A stretch of DNA of 64,000 nucleotides from NCBI RefSeq assembly GCF_000315625.1, contig NW_005434657.1, forward strand, positions 684,388 through 748,387. The letters are read 5' to 3'. This document shows positions 28,471 through 40,467 of this stretch, piece after piece. Positions within the stretch are counted from its first letter, which is position 1, and each line of letters begins with the position of its first letter. Below the pieces are notes generated by a model. That model worked only from the letters and a program-made list of their open reading frames with translations, did not search any database and was not told the origin of the DNA. Source of the DNA: Guillardia theta CCMP2712 (Eukaryota > Protista > Cryptophyta). Position numbers and translations under genes: made by a program.

Positions 28471-30028
28471 CACTTCTGCCATCTTTCCAAGTTTTTGATT
28501 AAAATTCTTAGTTTTTAGATAAAAATAGTTTTAAGTTTCAATGCGTCTGCCTGTTCGGTACCCCCGCCCCCTTATGTCCATTGGTTCCATGTGTACCCGT
28601 ACCTCTGACCTCCTGGATCTGTGAAAATGGAGGTGGGGTAAGTTCGTATTGCTGGGTGGTACATAAAATGAAATTATAGAATTAAAGATTAGTATAAGAA
28701 ATAGTTGTGACTAAATATAATGGTACTTTGAGACTTAAAAGTAATATAATAATTCTATTTGGGTAACTACTACCATCTCTTTCCATATTGTACCGCAGGG
28801 CTTGTCATTCACTACTGTATTTTTAAAATAAAAACTAAAAGACACGAAGAGACGCCTGCACCCCCTACCAGGCATTAGCCCCCCACTTTCTCCAGTACCC
28901 CTATCTTTCCCAGTTCTTCTACCCCATCTCAATCTGTCTCTACCCCCTACCCCCTGATCACTCTGTGTACTTCGAAAAGGGTTCCGAGGGAACCGAAATG
29001 GTTGGCGTGAGTAGTCGGGTAATCGAGTGCTGGGGGTAGTGCAATTAGGGAACACCAAGGGGGGTGGCCTTCGGATATTAGTGTCTCACTTATAAAAATG
29101 AGTTGCTATGGGTATAGGTCAAGATCAAAATGAAAGGGAAGATCATAGAAGGGGAGTACCTCTACAAGGATAATAAAAGAATAATACTTGTGTGACGAGC
29201 AAGATGGGTGGGGGTCAGATGTGGCAGGAAGAGATAGGGGTAGGTCTTTGATACTTTCGAGGAATGGGGGTGGGGGTGTGAGGAGTAGGGGTCTGAGACA
29301 GAGATATTGGTATGTGAACAAAGGAAGGTAAAGTTGACTAGTAAGGTGGGTGGACGGTATTTGATGGTGAAATGATGGTGGGGGGGTAGGGGTAGGGGAC
29401 GGATTGCTAATCTAGGTGGGTTGGAGGTATCTGCAAACTCGGTAAAAGCACTGGTGGGTGCTTGCAAAAGTATGAATATACCCGTACTTTGAGACTCAAA
29501 AGTAGGGGTACTACAAGGGTGGAGCAGAAAATGTAACACTCAGTAAAACGGGTGGGGTAGGGGAATGTGAAGAACGGGGAAGGGTCTTGCATGGCAGAAC
29601 AAAGAGCAGGGAGGGGAAGAGGAAGAGAGGAGGAGGAGGCAGAAGAGCGCGGGGCAGGACGAGGAGAGATGGAGATGGAGAGGCGAGGTGGATGGAGAAG
29701 AGGAGTGTGCAGGAGCAGAGAAGAGTTGATTGGGCGAGGATCCATGATCCGCGAGCTTAGGAATCGTGGTAGACGCGAGACGCAGCAAGTGGATTGGCGA
29801 GATAAGGATGGAGACGAGTGGGCTTGAGGATTATCGAAACTTTTTTAGCATCTTCATGAAAGAGGAGTACTTGTTGAGTGTGGTTGGCGGGAAGGAGAGT
29901 GAATGATTTGTTGAGGACAATATCATGCGAGGGCAGGGGGGGTGTTACCTTGAGAACTTGTGGAGGTGAACTGAAATTATGGTCCAGGTCGTCCGGTGGC
30001 TGATAGTTAGTCTCTCAGCTTCATCAAG

Positions 30029-30747
30029 ATGCCAAGGCTGGATGGTGGGTTTGTTGGAATGTCGAAAGCGGTGGCAATAGCTACGACTGTGCCTGGTGGA
30101 ACCGGGGCAGTCGCGTCTGCGTTGATCCTGGACGAGATAGAGTATTATCGAGCTGGCATTGGGTGTGTGCTGGAGGACAACCCGGAAACAGGCGACATTC
30201 GCATAGGAAAGATCGTGCCGAAGGGAGCGGCATCGAACACAGGGCTGTGCGAGGGAGATGTGTTGGAGCAAGTGGACGAGCATCCGATCTACAAGGGCAT
30301 GTGCCTGTCCGAAGCCTCTCACTTCATCCGCGGCAAGGAAGGAAGCATCGTACCTTGCGAGTTCGCCGCGGAGAAGCATATCGCGCGACCATCCGCATCG
30401 TGAGACAGCGAGTCCCCGGGAGCGAGACGGAGATGTTGGGAGCTCTGTGGCAGAAGAACCACCACAAGCCCAAAGAACCCAAAGTGGCGACCAAGGAGGA
30501 CAAGCTGGAGAAGCTTGTGTCTCTGCGTAAGAGAGGGCTGATCAACGACGTGGAGTTCGAGCATGCGCGCCTGCGTCTGATGGAGGGCCGGGAAGGGGAG
30601 CTGCCGAAACAAAAGGCCAGTTTCTCGTACACCCATATGTTCCAGACGCTGCAGTCGGACTTCGAGAAGTTGTTCACTGATCCAGAAATCTTGAGGAGGA
30701 GGCAGATACAGCAGAACGCGCAGACGGGATCTGACTTGCTCCTGTGA
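30029..30747 (+). CDS. PDZ + SHOCT domain protein, split by a 1-bp frameshift near 30351
   Basis: PDZ: GIGCVL...IGKIVPKGAASNTGLCEGDVLEQVD...IRGKEGSIV, continuing as TLRVRRG in another frame. SHOCT: KLEKLVSLRKRGLINDVEFEHARLRLM. Confidence 0.8.
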
Positions 30748-30978
30748 CCTCGTCCTGCTCGAGTTACCACCGTCGTCGATGTACTATAAACCTTCTCCTT
30801 CCTTTCCTCGGCAGGGAGCTGCTCGTGTGATGCAGAGAGAGGGGGCAAGGCAGGTGAGACGTGCCGTTGCCTTCCTGTAGCTTCAGATTACTGCGAGTGT
30901 TTCTACTCATCGTGATCGCTGCCATAGTTGATTTCTGATTGAACGTTTTCATTTTCTCGATCTCTTCCCTTCCTCTCT

Positions 30979-31312
30979 TCACATGAATTCTTCTCCCGTC
31001 GTCTTCACATAGTTGGCCGGTACCAGCCCCCGCCTCGCTCCCTGCTGCGCTAGAAACCAGCCCGGCTGAGCAATACCTGCTCGTCCGTCAACGCGTGTCC
31101 TGATAGAGGGGGGAGCTACCGAGGAGGAGGAGAAGCTGACCAGGGAGCAGAGAGAGCTCGTCATCCTGAGCTGCGGCATGTGAGCGTCTCAGGATGGTCT
31201 CGCATGTGACTCACAAGCATCGAAGCGATAGAGAGACACAGCTTCCATGGGCTGACCGAACATCTCGTCCACCTCCCATCCTGCTCCTCCTGCCCCTGCA
31301 CCTGCCCCTGCC

Positions 31313-31353
<41 letters not shown>

Positions 31354-34076
31354 TTCTCCCGCTGCTGTTGCTGCCGCCGCTTCTATTCCTACTCCTGCTG
31401 CTCCCTCCTTCGCCTCCTCTCTCCTTGTTGTGTCCTCGCGCTCTTCAGTCCACCCGTTCATGCCACCTGCTAGGAGGTCACGAGTCTCATCAAAAGATGA
31501 AAAGGCAAAGTTCCTCTAGATTGATCCCCCAGCTTCTCCTCCAGCGGCTCCCCCAGCTCAGCTGCAACGGTCAGCAGGCAGGAAAGGCAGCTGAGGGTCT
31601 CGAGGAGGCCTGGCTCCGATCCTCTCCTCTTGTCCAGCTCAAACTCCAGCAGACGGTCAGCTGACCCAGCATGTACGAGCAACCGAGACATGGAGCTCTG
31701 TGAAGTGAGCGTCAGGGCTGCTGGCAGAAGAGAAGAGCAGAGCAGAGCAGAGCAGAGCAGAGCAGAGCAGAGCAGAGCAGAGCAGAGCAGAGCAGAGCAG
31801 AGCAGGTCAATGAAGTTCAAACATGAGAAGTTTTACATGCAGAGGAACGAGAGTGATTCTGCTTCCCAATTCTTCTTTTCTCTCAACTGAGACACACAGA
31901 GATTAGAGGAGGGAGGAGGGAGGAGGGAGGAGGGAGGAGGGAGGAGGGAGGAGGGAGGAGGGAGGAGGGAGGAGGGAGGAGGGAGGAATTTAAGAAGAAA
32001 CAAGGTGGCACCGGTAGGAAACTCTTTGAGAGAGATAAAGCGACATGATTGAGAGCACGCGACTTTCTTCAGCTCATCACAAAACTCCTGACATGAAATT
32101 CGTCTGCTCGCAAACTGAACGACAAGCTCTGAGCAATGACAGAAAGCGTCGGAGAGGCGGGACGAGGGCAGGAGGGAGCTGCTTTGAGGAGCAGCAGTTG
32201 TTGGCGTCGACTCTCTCCTCTCCTCTCCTCCTTCTGTCCCTTGCCTGCCCAACACCTGAGATTGAAGCTCACCCATCACGACAAGCAAGCTTTCGCTGTG
32301 TTCCCAGCACTTGCCCAGCAGGATTTCAGCTTGCCTTCTCCAGCTCTCGTCCCCAGTCTCCCGTCTGATGCGAATAGTCGAGAGTGTCTGCGAGAGTTGC
32401 GACTGCTGGAGTTTGCAGCTGACCGCCTCCCTCCTCTCACTCGTCAGCTTCCTCTGCAACACGGTGATCTGCTCGCTCTGTATCCTCACGCGAGCCTTCA
32501 TCTCCCCCAGCTCCTCCTCCAGCTGGTGTTTGTCAGCCGTCAGCTTTCTGAGGTCCACCTTCAGCATCTCGAGCTTCTTCTTCATTGTCACGTTCATCAC
32601 GTCGACTTGATCTTTCATCTCGTCTCGCTCCCTCGCTACCTCCACCATCTTCTTCTCATCTTCTCTCTTCTTCTGATTTTGTCCCTCCCGCGCGATTCCT
32701 TCTTGTCTCTTCCCCATCGCCTCCTCCACAGTTTTCACCTCCTCCAATTGCCCGGGAAGTTTTTCTGCCTCCACCTGCCCCTCGACCCATTGAGTCTCAG
32801 CGTCTCGCGTCCTCTTCCCCTGTCGGCTCATCGCCTGCTGCAGCTCGACGACGAACGTCTTCACGCTCCTGATCTCCTCCACCAGGATCCTCCCCCTCAG
32901 TCGCGCATGTCGCACTTTGATCGCATCTGCCTGCATTGCCGCCATTGCCCCAGCAGCGGGAGTTGTCTCCTCACTCCTCCTCTTCCTCTCCTCCTCCTCC
33001 TCCTCCTCCTCATGATCCAGCACCACGTCAACTACTTCTGCCTTGATGATCTTCCGCGCATGTCGCTGATTCGTAAGGAAGTTGCCAAGGTCACAGAACT
33101 TGAAGAGATCGACCACGAGGGCAAAAGAAGACCGACAGGAAGACGGTCGAGCAAAGACGACCAGCCGCAATGCATCTCCTCCTCCTCGTTCTCCTCCTCC
33201 TCGTTCTCCTCCTCCTCCTCCTCCTCCCTGCCATGAGAGTCTTCCTGTCTCAGCACCGAGCATGATGTAAAGCTCCTCCAGCAGCTCCTTGGCTTCCCTG
33301 CTGGTCAAGTTGCTCTTGAGTCGAATCTTGACGTGCAAGGAGACATGCTTGAGAAGAGGGGAGAAAGTTTCCATCCAGCCCCACCTGCTCTCCAGCAGAG
33401 AGGAGGAGAAGGAGGAGGAGGATAGGGAGGAAGAAGCAAGTAGTTCCTCGTACCCCTCCAGCCTCCTCATCATCGTCCTCTTATCCTCTCTCTCTCGGTC
33501 GATCATCCTCTTGTAGAGTTTGTTTTCCATCAGCGAACTCTCCAGCATCTTCTCGAGATTGTTCAAGCTGCTCTCAAGCTCGTTCATCTTCCTCCACTTC
33601 TGCCTGTCCTTCTCGCCCATCCCTGACACTTGCCCCTCCTCCTTCTCTTCCTCCCCCTTCTCCACTTTCTTTTCTACCTCGTCCACTTCCTCCTTCTCCT
33701 CCGCGCTCAGCAGCGACTGATCGATCCTCGTTCCATCTGAATTGCACTCAGAAAATCGTGCTATCACCTGATGAGGAACAACTGCAGCAGCAGGTCCAGG
33801 GATGCTGATGCCAGAGGGAGAACGAGGAGGAGGAAGAGAAGGAGGTGATGGTTCTAGTGGTGGTGGAGGAGGAGGGCAAGTATCACGAAGCATAGCAAGC
33901 GCCACGAGAGCAGCAAGCAGAAGCAGCAGGGGAGCAGCAGGAGATTGGGAGGAGGAGGGTTTCCTTCACCGTTCTCCTCCAGCCGCTTGAACGCTTCGAA
34001 CTTGTCTGTGTACGCCTCTAGCAAGTACGACAGGCTGACCTCTAACTTCCTCGCGTCCTCAAGCGCGTTGACCACC
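30979..34076 (-). CDS. Coiled-coil protein with a C-terminal SH3 domain; 5' end probably in or beyond the N-gap
   Basis: 690-aa coiled-coil-rich open frame. SH3 pieces AVSLYRFDA, ELSL, GWFLAQQGARRGLVPANYVK. Confidence 0.8.
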
Positions 34077-35377
34077 TGCCGATAATGAGGAGGAACAAGG
34101 AAAAGTTCATCCTGCTCCACCTCTCCTTCCCGTCCTCGTCCTCCCCCTTCCTCCTGTCCCACTCCGTCCTCCTCGTCCTCCCCCTTCCTCCTTCCCACTC
34201 CGTTCTTCTCATCCTCCACCACTACTCCCCTCCTCCTCCTCCTCCTCCCCCTCCTCCTCCTCCTCTCTCTCGATTTCTCACATGCACATTCTTCCTGCAT
34301 TTGTTATNNNNNNNNNNNNNNNNNNNNNNNNNNNNNNNNNNNNNNNNNNNNNNNNNNNNNNNNNNNNNNNNNNNNNNNNNNNNNNNNNNNNNNNNNNNNN
34401 NNNNNNNNNNNNNNNNNNNNNNNNNNNNNNNNNNNNNNNNNNNNNNNNNNNNNNNNNNNNNNNNNNNNNNNNNNNNNNNNNNNNNNNNNNNNNNNNNNNN
34501 NNNNNNNNNNNNNNNNNNNNNNNNNNNNNNNNNNNNNNNNNNNNNNNNNNNNNNNNNNNNNNNNNNNNNNNNNNNNNNNNNNNNNNNNNNNNNNNNNNNN
34601 NNNNNNNNNNNNNNNNNNNNNNNNNNNNNNNNNNNNNNNNNNNNNNNNNNNNNNNNNNNNNNNNNNNNNNNNNNNNNNNNNNNNNNNNNNNNNNNNNNNN
34701 NNNNNNNNNNNNNNNNNNNNNNNNNNNNNNNNNNNNNNNNNNNNNNNNNNNNNNNNNNNNNNNNNNNNNNNNNNNNNNNNNNNNNNNNNNNNNNNNNNNN
34801 NNNNNNNNNNNNNNNNNNNNNNNNNNNNNNNNNNNNNNNNNNNNNNNNNNNNNNNNNNNNNNNNNNNNNNNNNNNNNNNNNNNNNNNNNNNNNNNNNNNN
34901 NNNNNNNNNNNNNNNNNNNNNNNNNNNNNNNNNNNNNNNNNNNNNNNNNNNNNNNNNNNNNNNNNNNNNNNNNNNNNNNNNNNNNNNNNNNNNNNNNNNN
35001 NNNNNNNNNNNNNNNNNNNNNNNNNNNNNNNNNNNNNNNNNNNNNNNNNNNNNNNNNNNNNNNNNNNNNNNNNNNNNNNNNNNNNNNNNNNNNNNNNNNN
35101 NNNNNNNNNNNNNNNNNNNNNNNNNNNNNNNNNNNNNNNNNNNNNNNNNNNNNNNNNNNNCTACCTCGTCAACTCCACTCATGTACCTGAATACATTGCA
35201 AAAGGACCCCTAGTCCCTTAACCCTCACATGATCAGAAAAGTTTTCTTCATACCCCTACAAAATATGTCATATGTACCGGTGTAATAACTACCTACCCAT
35301 GGACGCGAAGCCACCCTACCCCCTAAATACTAGGAGATTTTTTTTTCCCTCAAGCTCGCGTGCGGCAGGCGATCAGC

Positions 35378-35422
35378 ATGCAGCGTAACAACCAGGACAG
35401 CGTGCAGACCTTTGGGAAGAAG
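35378..35422 (+). CDS. RPS16: First exon only of 40S ribosomal protein S16 (uS9)
   Basis: ATG...MQRNNQDSVQTFGKK followed by a GTGAG donor. This matches the uS9 N-terminus SVQxFGRK/K. An upstream pyrimidine tract is present. No further exons were found. Confidence 0.7.
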
Positions 35423-35722
35423 GTGAGACGATGAGTGATGGAGAGATGATGTTGAGAGGATGAAGTGATGACCACAAAGATGATGACGCATGAGGAGAGA
35501 GGATGATATGGCTCAAAGGAATATGAAAGTTGTCATGATGAACATGTTCTACACGATGCTGTCGAGGGAGGGGGAAGAGGAGAACAACGAGATGAACAAG
35601 AAAAAGGAAGAGACAGTGCGAGGGAATGGGAGGGAGAAGAGATACACGTGAACGAAGGGGAAGCGGAGGGGAGGAGGGGGAGGAGGGAGAGGAGGGTCAT
35701 GAATGAGTAGAGGTGCTCACGT

Positions 35723-36882
35723 CTGCCTTTCCCCGCACTCTTACTTGGCGTTGGGATCAAGTTCGGTGCGATCTTCGTGGGAGTCTGGAGGAGATGAGAT
35801 GAGGGGAGGGGAGGCAAACGTTGAAGACGAGAAGAGAGCGGACGAGAACAGGAGGAGAGAGAAGGGAGGGGAGAGGGAACGACAACACATAAGAGCTACC
35901 CGTTTGATTGAGACAGCATCGGAGACGGCGGACGGGAGGATGAGAAAGTTGTTCGGGTCTTGCGGATCACGAGACCTGCGGACGAGGGTCGATTGCGTTG
36001 AAGGAGGAGCCCGACGTAATGAGCAGACGATGAATGAGAAGGGCAGGAGCAGAGGCAGGAGCAGGGGTAGAGGTAGGGGCAGGAGCAGGAGCAGGAGCAG
36101 GGGTAGAGGTGGAGGCGAGGGGCAGGAGCGAAGGGGGTAGGGGTAGGAGGGCGAAGGGGCGAGGAGCGAGGAGCGAGGGGTAGAGGGTAGAGGTAGAGGT
36201 AGGGGCAGGAGCAGGAGCAGGGGTAGGGGTAGAGGTAGGGGCAGGGGTAGGACCTTCCGTTGTCCTTGGAGAAGGAGAAGTCAGGAGGAACAGACTTGGA
36301 TACGCTTCTTCCATCAAGATTGTCCTGCCATGCCTGGTCGTCACCCCCTCTCCCTCCTCCTCCTGCTCGTGCTGCTGCTGCTGCTGCTGCTGCTCTGCTG
36401 CTGCTGCTGCTGCTGCTCTGCTGCCATAATCTAACTTTTTTCCCCTCTTACCCGAGGCTTTGCTCGATATCTTGTCGTCTTGTCGCATCTGAAAGTTCCC
36501 TGAGGAAAACTGTCTTGTAGGAGCTGAAAAAATGATCAGTCCCCTCCTCCTCCTCCTGCTCCTCCTCAAACCTCTTGGCATAGCGAAGCAGGTGATCCTT
36601 TGCTGTTGCAGGCCTTGAGGTCCAACTGCCATATCGTTACCTCCGCCCCCTCCTCTATCCTGCTTCCTACTGCTCCTCCCTCCTCCCTCTCTCATCCTTT
36701 CTCTCTTCCCTCCTAACTCTCTGTCTTCCAGCCATCGTTCACCTGGGGCAACTTTGTCTCGCTGCTCTGCCATGGGGAGCGATGGTTGCGGAGCAGCGGG
36801 CGATAGGTTAGCGACGCTTCGAGATCTGCTGGAGATGAGCGAAAGGAGGGACGAACAAAAGGAAATAAGAGAGACAAAGAGG

Positions 36883-36918
<36 letters not shown>

Positions 36919-39862
36919 AGCAGGAGGAGCAGGAGGAGGAGCAGGACCGATCTCTTTTTGTGCACGATCGAGTAGTTCTGATCGCCTTCTTTGAAACAGC
37001 TTGTCCGCCTCGTCGAAGGACCAGGACTTGGAGGAGGTATCAGCCGGCTCCGCCCATTCTCTCCTTAGGTTCAACTTCATCCCCTGCTGCTGCTCGACCA
37101 CCCTCACGCCCTCCTGCTCCTCCCTCCTGTCTGTCTTGATGCTCTCCTGCTCCGCAAGGTTCATCCCCGCCGAGGGCTCGTCGAAGGGCTCGTAGACTTT
37201 CATCCATCGGCTACTGAGTGCAGGGTGAGATAGGGTGAGGGAGAGAAGGATCTTACATCCTCCTCCTGGGTGAGTCCAGCGACTCCTTGCAGTGATGAGT
37301 CAGGAGCGAAAGNNNNNNNNNNNNNNNNNNNNNNNNNNNNNNNNNNNNNNNNNNNNNNNNNNNNNNNNNNNNNNNNNNNNNNNNNNNNNNNNNNNNNNNN
37401 NNNNNNNNNNNNGGGGGGGTGGAGCAGGAGGAAGGGAGGAAGGGAGTGGAGGTAGAGGGAGGAAGGAGGAAGGAAGGGAGGGAGGGAACGGGGAGGAACA
37501 AGCTCACCTGGAGGTCGAAGGAGACGATGCCGGAAGAAGTGTTGAGCCTGATAGAGTTGTCAGGGAAGGACAAGAAGAAGAATTGCGATGGAAGCAGATC
37601 AGCACTGGGACAAGAAGGAAGTGGGGGAAGAGAGAGGGATGGGGAGGGAGGGAGGGAGGGAGGGAGGGAGGAGGTTTTTGTCACCTCATGGGGGTGAAGC
37701 GCTTTGAGGTCTGAGGAGGACGAGGTGGAGGATCTTGAACCTGGTAGACACAATCATGTCGAGGAAGAAGAGGACAGAGGAGATACAGGGAACGAGACAA
37801 CGGAGAAGAGGAGAGGGGAGGAGGAAATGGAGGAGGAGGAAATGGAGGAGGAGGAAATGGATGAGGAGGAAATGGGATGGGGAGGGGAGAGGAAGAGCAT
37901 AGCAGGATGAAGATGTCAGACCTTGAGTGGTCGACCCAGCCCGTTAGAATGAAGACCCTGAAAGAAATTGATGAATGCAATACAGGCAGAAAACAGGGGA
38001 GCAGGGCAAGGAAAGAGAAGTTCAGGAGGCGGAGCAGGAGGAGGAGGAGGAGCACCAGCAGGAGAATGAGGAGGGGAATGAGGAGGAGCAGGAGGGGCAG
38101 GAGCAGGAGGAGAATGAGGAGGGGAATGAGGAGGAGCAGGAGGGGCAGGAGCAGGAGGACACTCTCTTACAAGGCTGAGGAAGTGAGCAGTTGCAGTCCT
38201 AGCTGATGAGGGCTGCGGAGAAACAAAACAACGATGAAAGACATTGCAAGGTTAGGCAAGACCAGACGAGACAAAGAGAGAAGAAGGAGGAAATGAAGAT
38301 GGGGAGAAAGAGGAGGAGCAAGAGGGACAGGAGGAAGCAAGGAGGATGTTCGCCACCTGAGCTTTTCGCACCATGACGAAGGGATTGTTCTCCGTCTCCT
38401 CGTCGCTGGGAAAAGTCAGAGAGAGAAGCGGAGGGATGAAGATGAAAGCACACAGCAAGGTTGAGGCACAAGGCTGCAAGAGATAAGAGGAAACGAGAGG
38501 GGAGATTGGCGAAGAGAGACAGGAGGAGGAGCGATGAAGGGCAGGGAGTGGGGAGAAGAAGGAACATGAAGAGAGGAAGAGGAAGAGGAAGAGGAAGAGG
38601 AAGAGGAACGAGGGGGGAACGAAGGAGGGTGAACAGACCTGCTCTCGTCTCCTGATCCCTCAGACCCGCTGTCACTGTCCTTGGAGTTGTCGCTGACGTC
38701 TGACTTGAGCCGCCTCTCCTGCTTCTCGTCACAAGGGACGGCAGAACTCCAGGCTACCATCTCCTCCTCCTCCATCTCGATCTTCATCATCCTGACCAAA
38801 CCTTCAGTTCACAGAGCCTACCTCCTCCTTTCCCGCTCTCCCCCGTTTCCCCATCTCTCCCCTTCCCCTTCCCTCCTCCTCCTCCTCCTCTACCGCAGCC
38901 TCTTCTCCTCTTCCGCTTTCTTCGCCTGCATTCGTCGTCATCATCGGCGAGCTCACTGCTCCCTCACCGCTTGCTGGACGATGCGACTGAAATTCTTGTG
39001 ACCGTCTGGTCCCAACATGTTCCAGATTGCCTACCAGTCAACTCACGTAAAGTCCAACGCCCCCCAGGCTCCTCCCTCCTCCTCCTCCTCCTCCTCCTCC
39101 CTTCCTCCGCCTTCTTTCCTCCTGCCTCCTCTCTCCCCTTGTTCTCTGACTCCATCGCCTCCTCCCCTCCCCCTCTGTCCGTATCCTCGTCTCCTCTTCG
39201 TCTTCCTCTCCCTTCCGCTCTCACATGACAGATGTCCACCCCGATGTCCCTCAGGTTCTGAATGCCGAAGTGCCTGAACAGACAAGAAAAGATGAGCAAG
39301 ACAAGTCAAGTCAGCATAAAACAAGATGACACAAATCCTCACATGTTCGCATTTTCTCCTCGCCTTGGACCCGCAAAAGAAACTTCGAGAGTGAAAGTGT
39401 TGGCGATGCCAAAGTCTCTCCACCTGTACGAGGATGAGGAACAGAGGAGAGAGCAAGCTATTAACCAACAAGACACTCACATGAAGGCTCGCCCGGTTGC
39501 ATTCTTGTTCTTCCTGATCTTGAACTTGCAGTCTACCAAAACAAACATCACCTTCAACATATCCCTGATCTTTATCGTCTCATCATCATCTCCATTTTCT
39601 TCTTTTCCTTGTCAATCATCGTCTTCTCCGTCTTTTCGCACCTTCGAGTGAAAATGACGAGTTTTGCTCGGAAAGAAGAGTCGGGAAGACAAGCTCACTG
39701 AAAAGTTGCGGAGGTGGAACATTTCTCTGAAAGAATCGTCATCATTGTCGGCGTCATCGTCATCGACTTCATCACTCTCCTCCCCCTCCTCCTCCTCCTC
39801 ATCATCTCCATCATCATCATCATCTTCATCATCATCATCATCTCCATCATCATCATCATCAT

Positions 39863-39910
<48 letters not shown>

Positions 39911-40388
39911 TATCTCTATCGCAAATCTTGTTCGTGATGATACTGTAATAGATTGGTTGACCTGTCCGATCCTCCAGTCTCTCCATCCCTTCGCTTCACA
40001 CCCGTAAACAAAAACTACATCTCGAGTCAGGAACAGCAGAGAGCAAGAGGAAACAACGCGCGAGGGGGGGGGAGGAAGAGAAGAGGAGGAAGAAAGAAGA
40101 GGGGAGAGAGGCAGTAGACAGGAGGAAAGAGGAGACGAAGGATGTAGAGTGTGGAGAAGGTGGGGGGGTGAAGACAAGAGAGGGAAGAGACAAGGAGGGC
40201 GGGGAACAGGAAGGGAGTGAAGGAGACCCATTGCAACATACCATTGTTCTTGCAGGAATGGCCGTGAAGGTCAAGGTAGAGGGCGATCTTGAGATGCAAC
40301 GTGAGGAGGGAGGAGGAGAAGGAGTCAAGCGTTCACCTCCCTTTCCCTCTTGAACCTCTTGACCATCCTCTTCAATATCACAGTCAGT

Positions 40389-40467
<79 letters not shown>

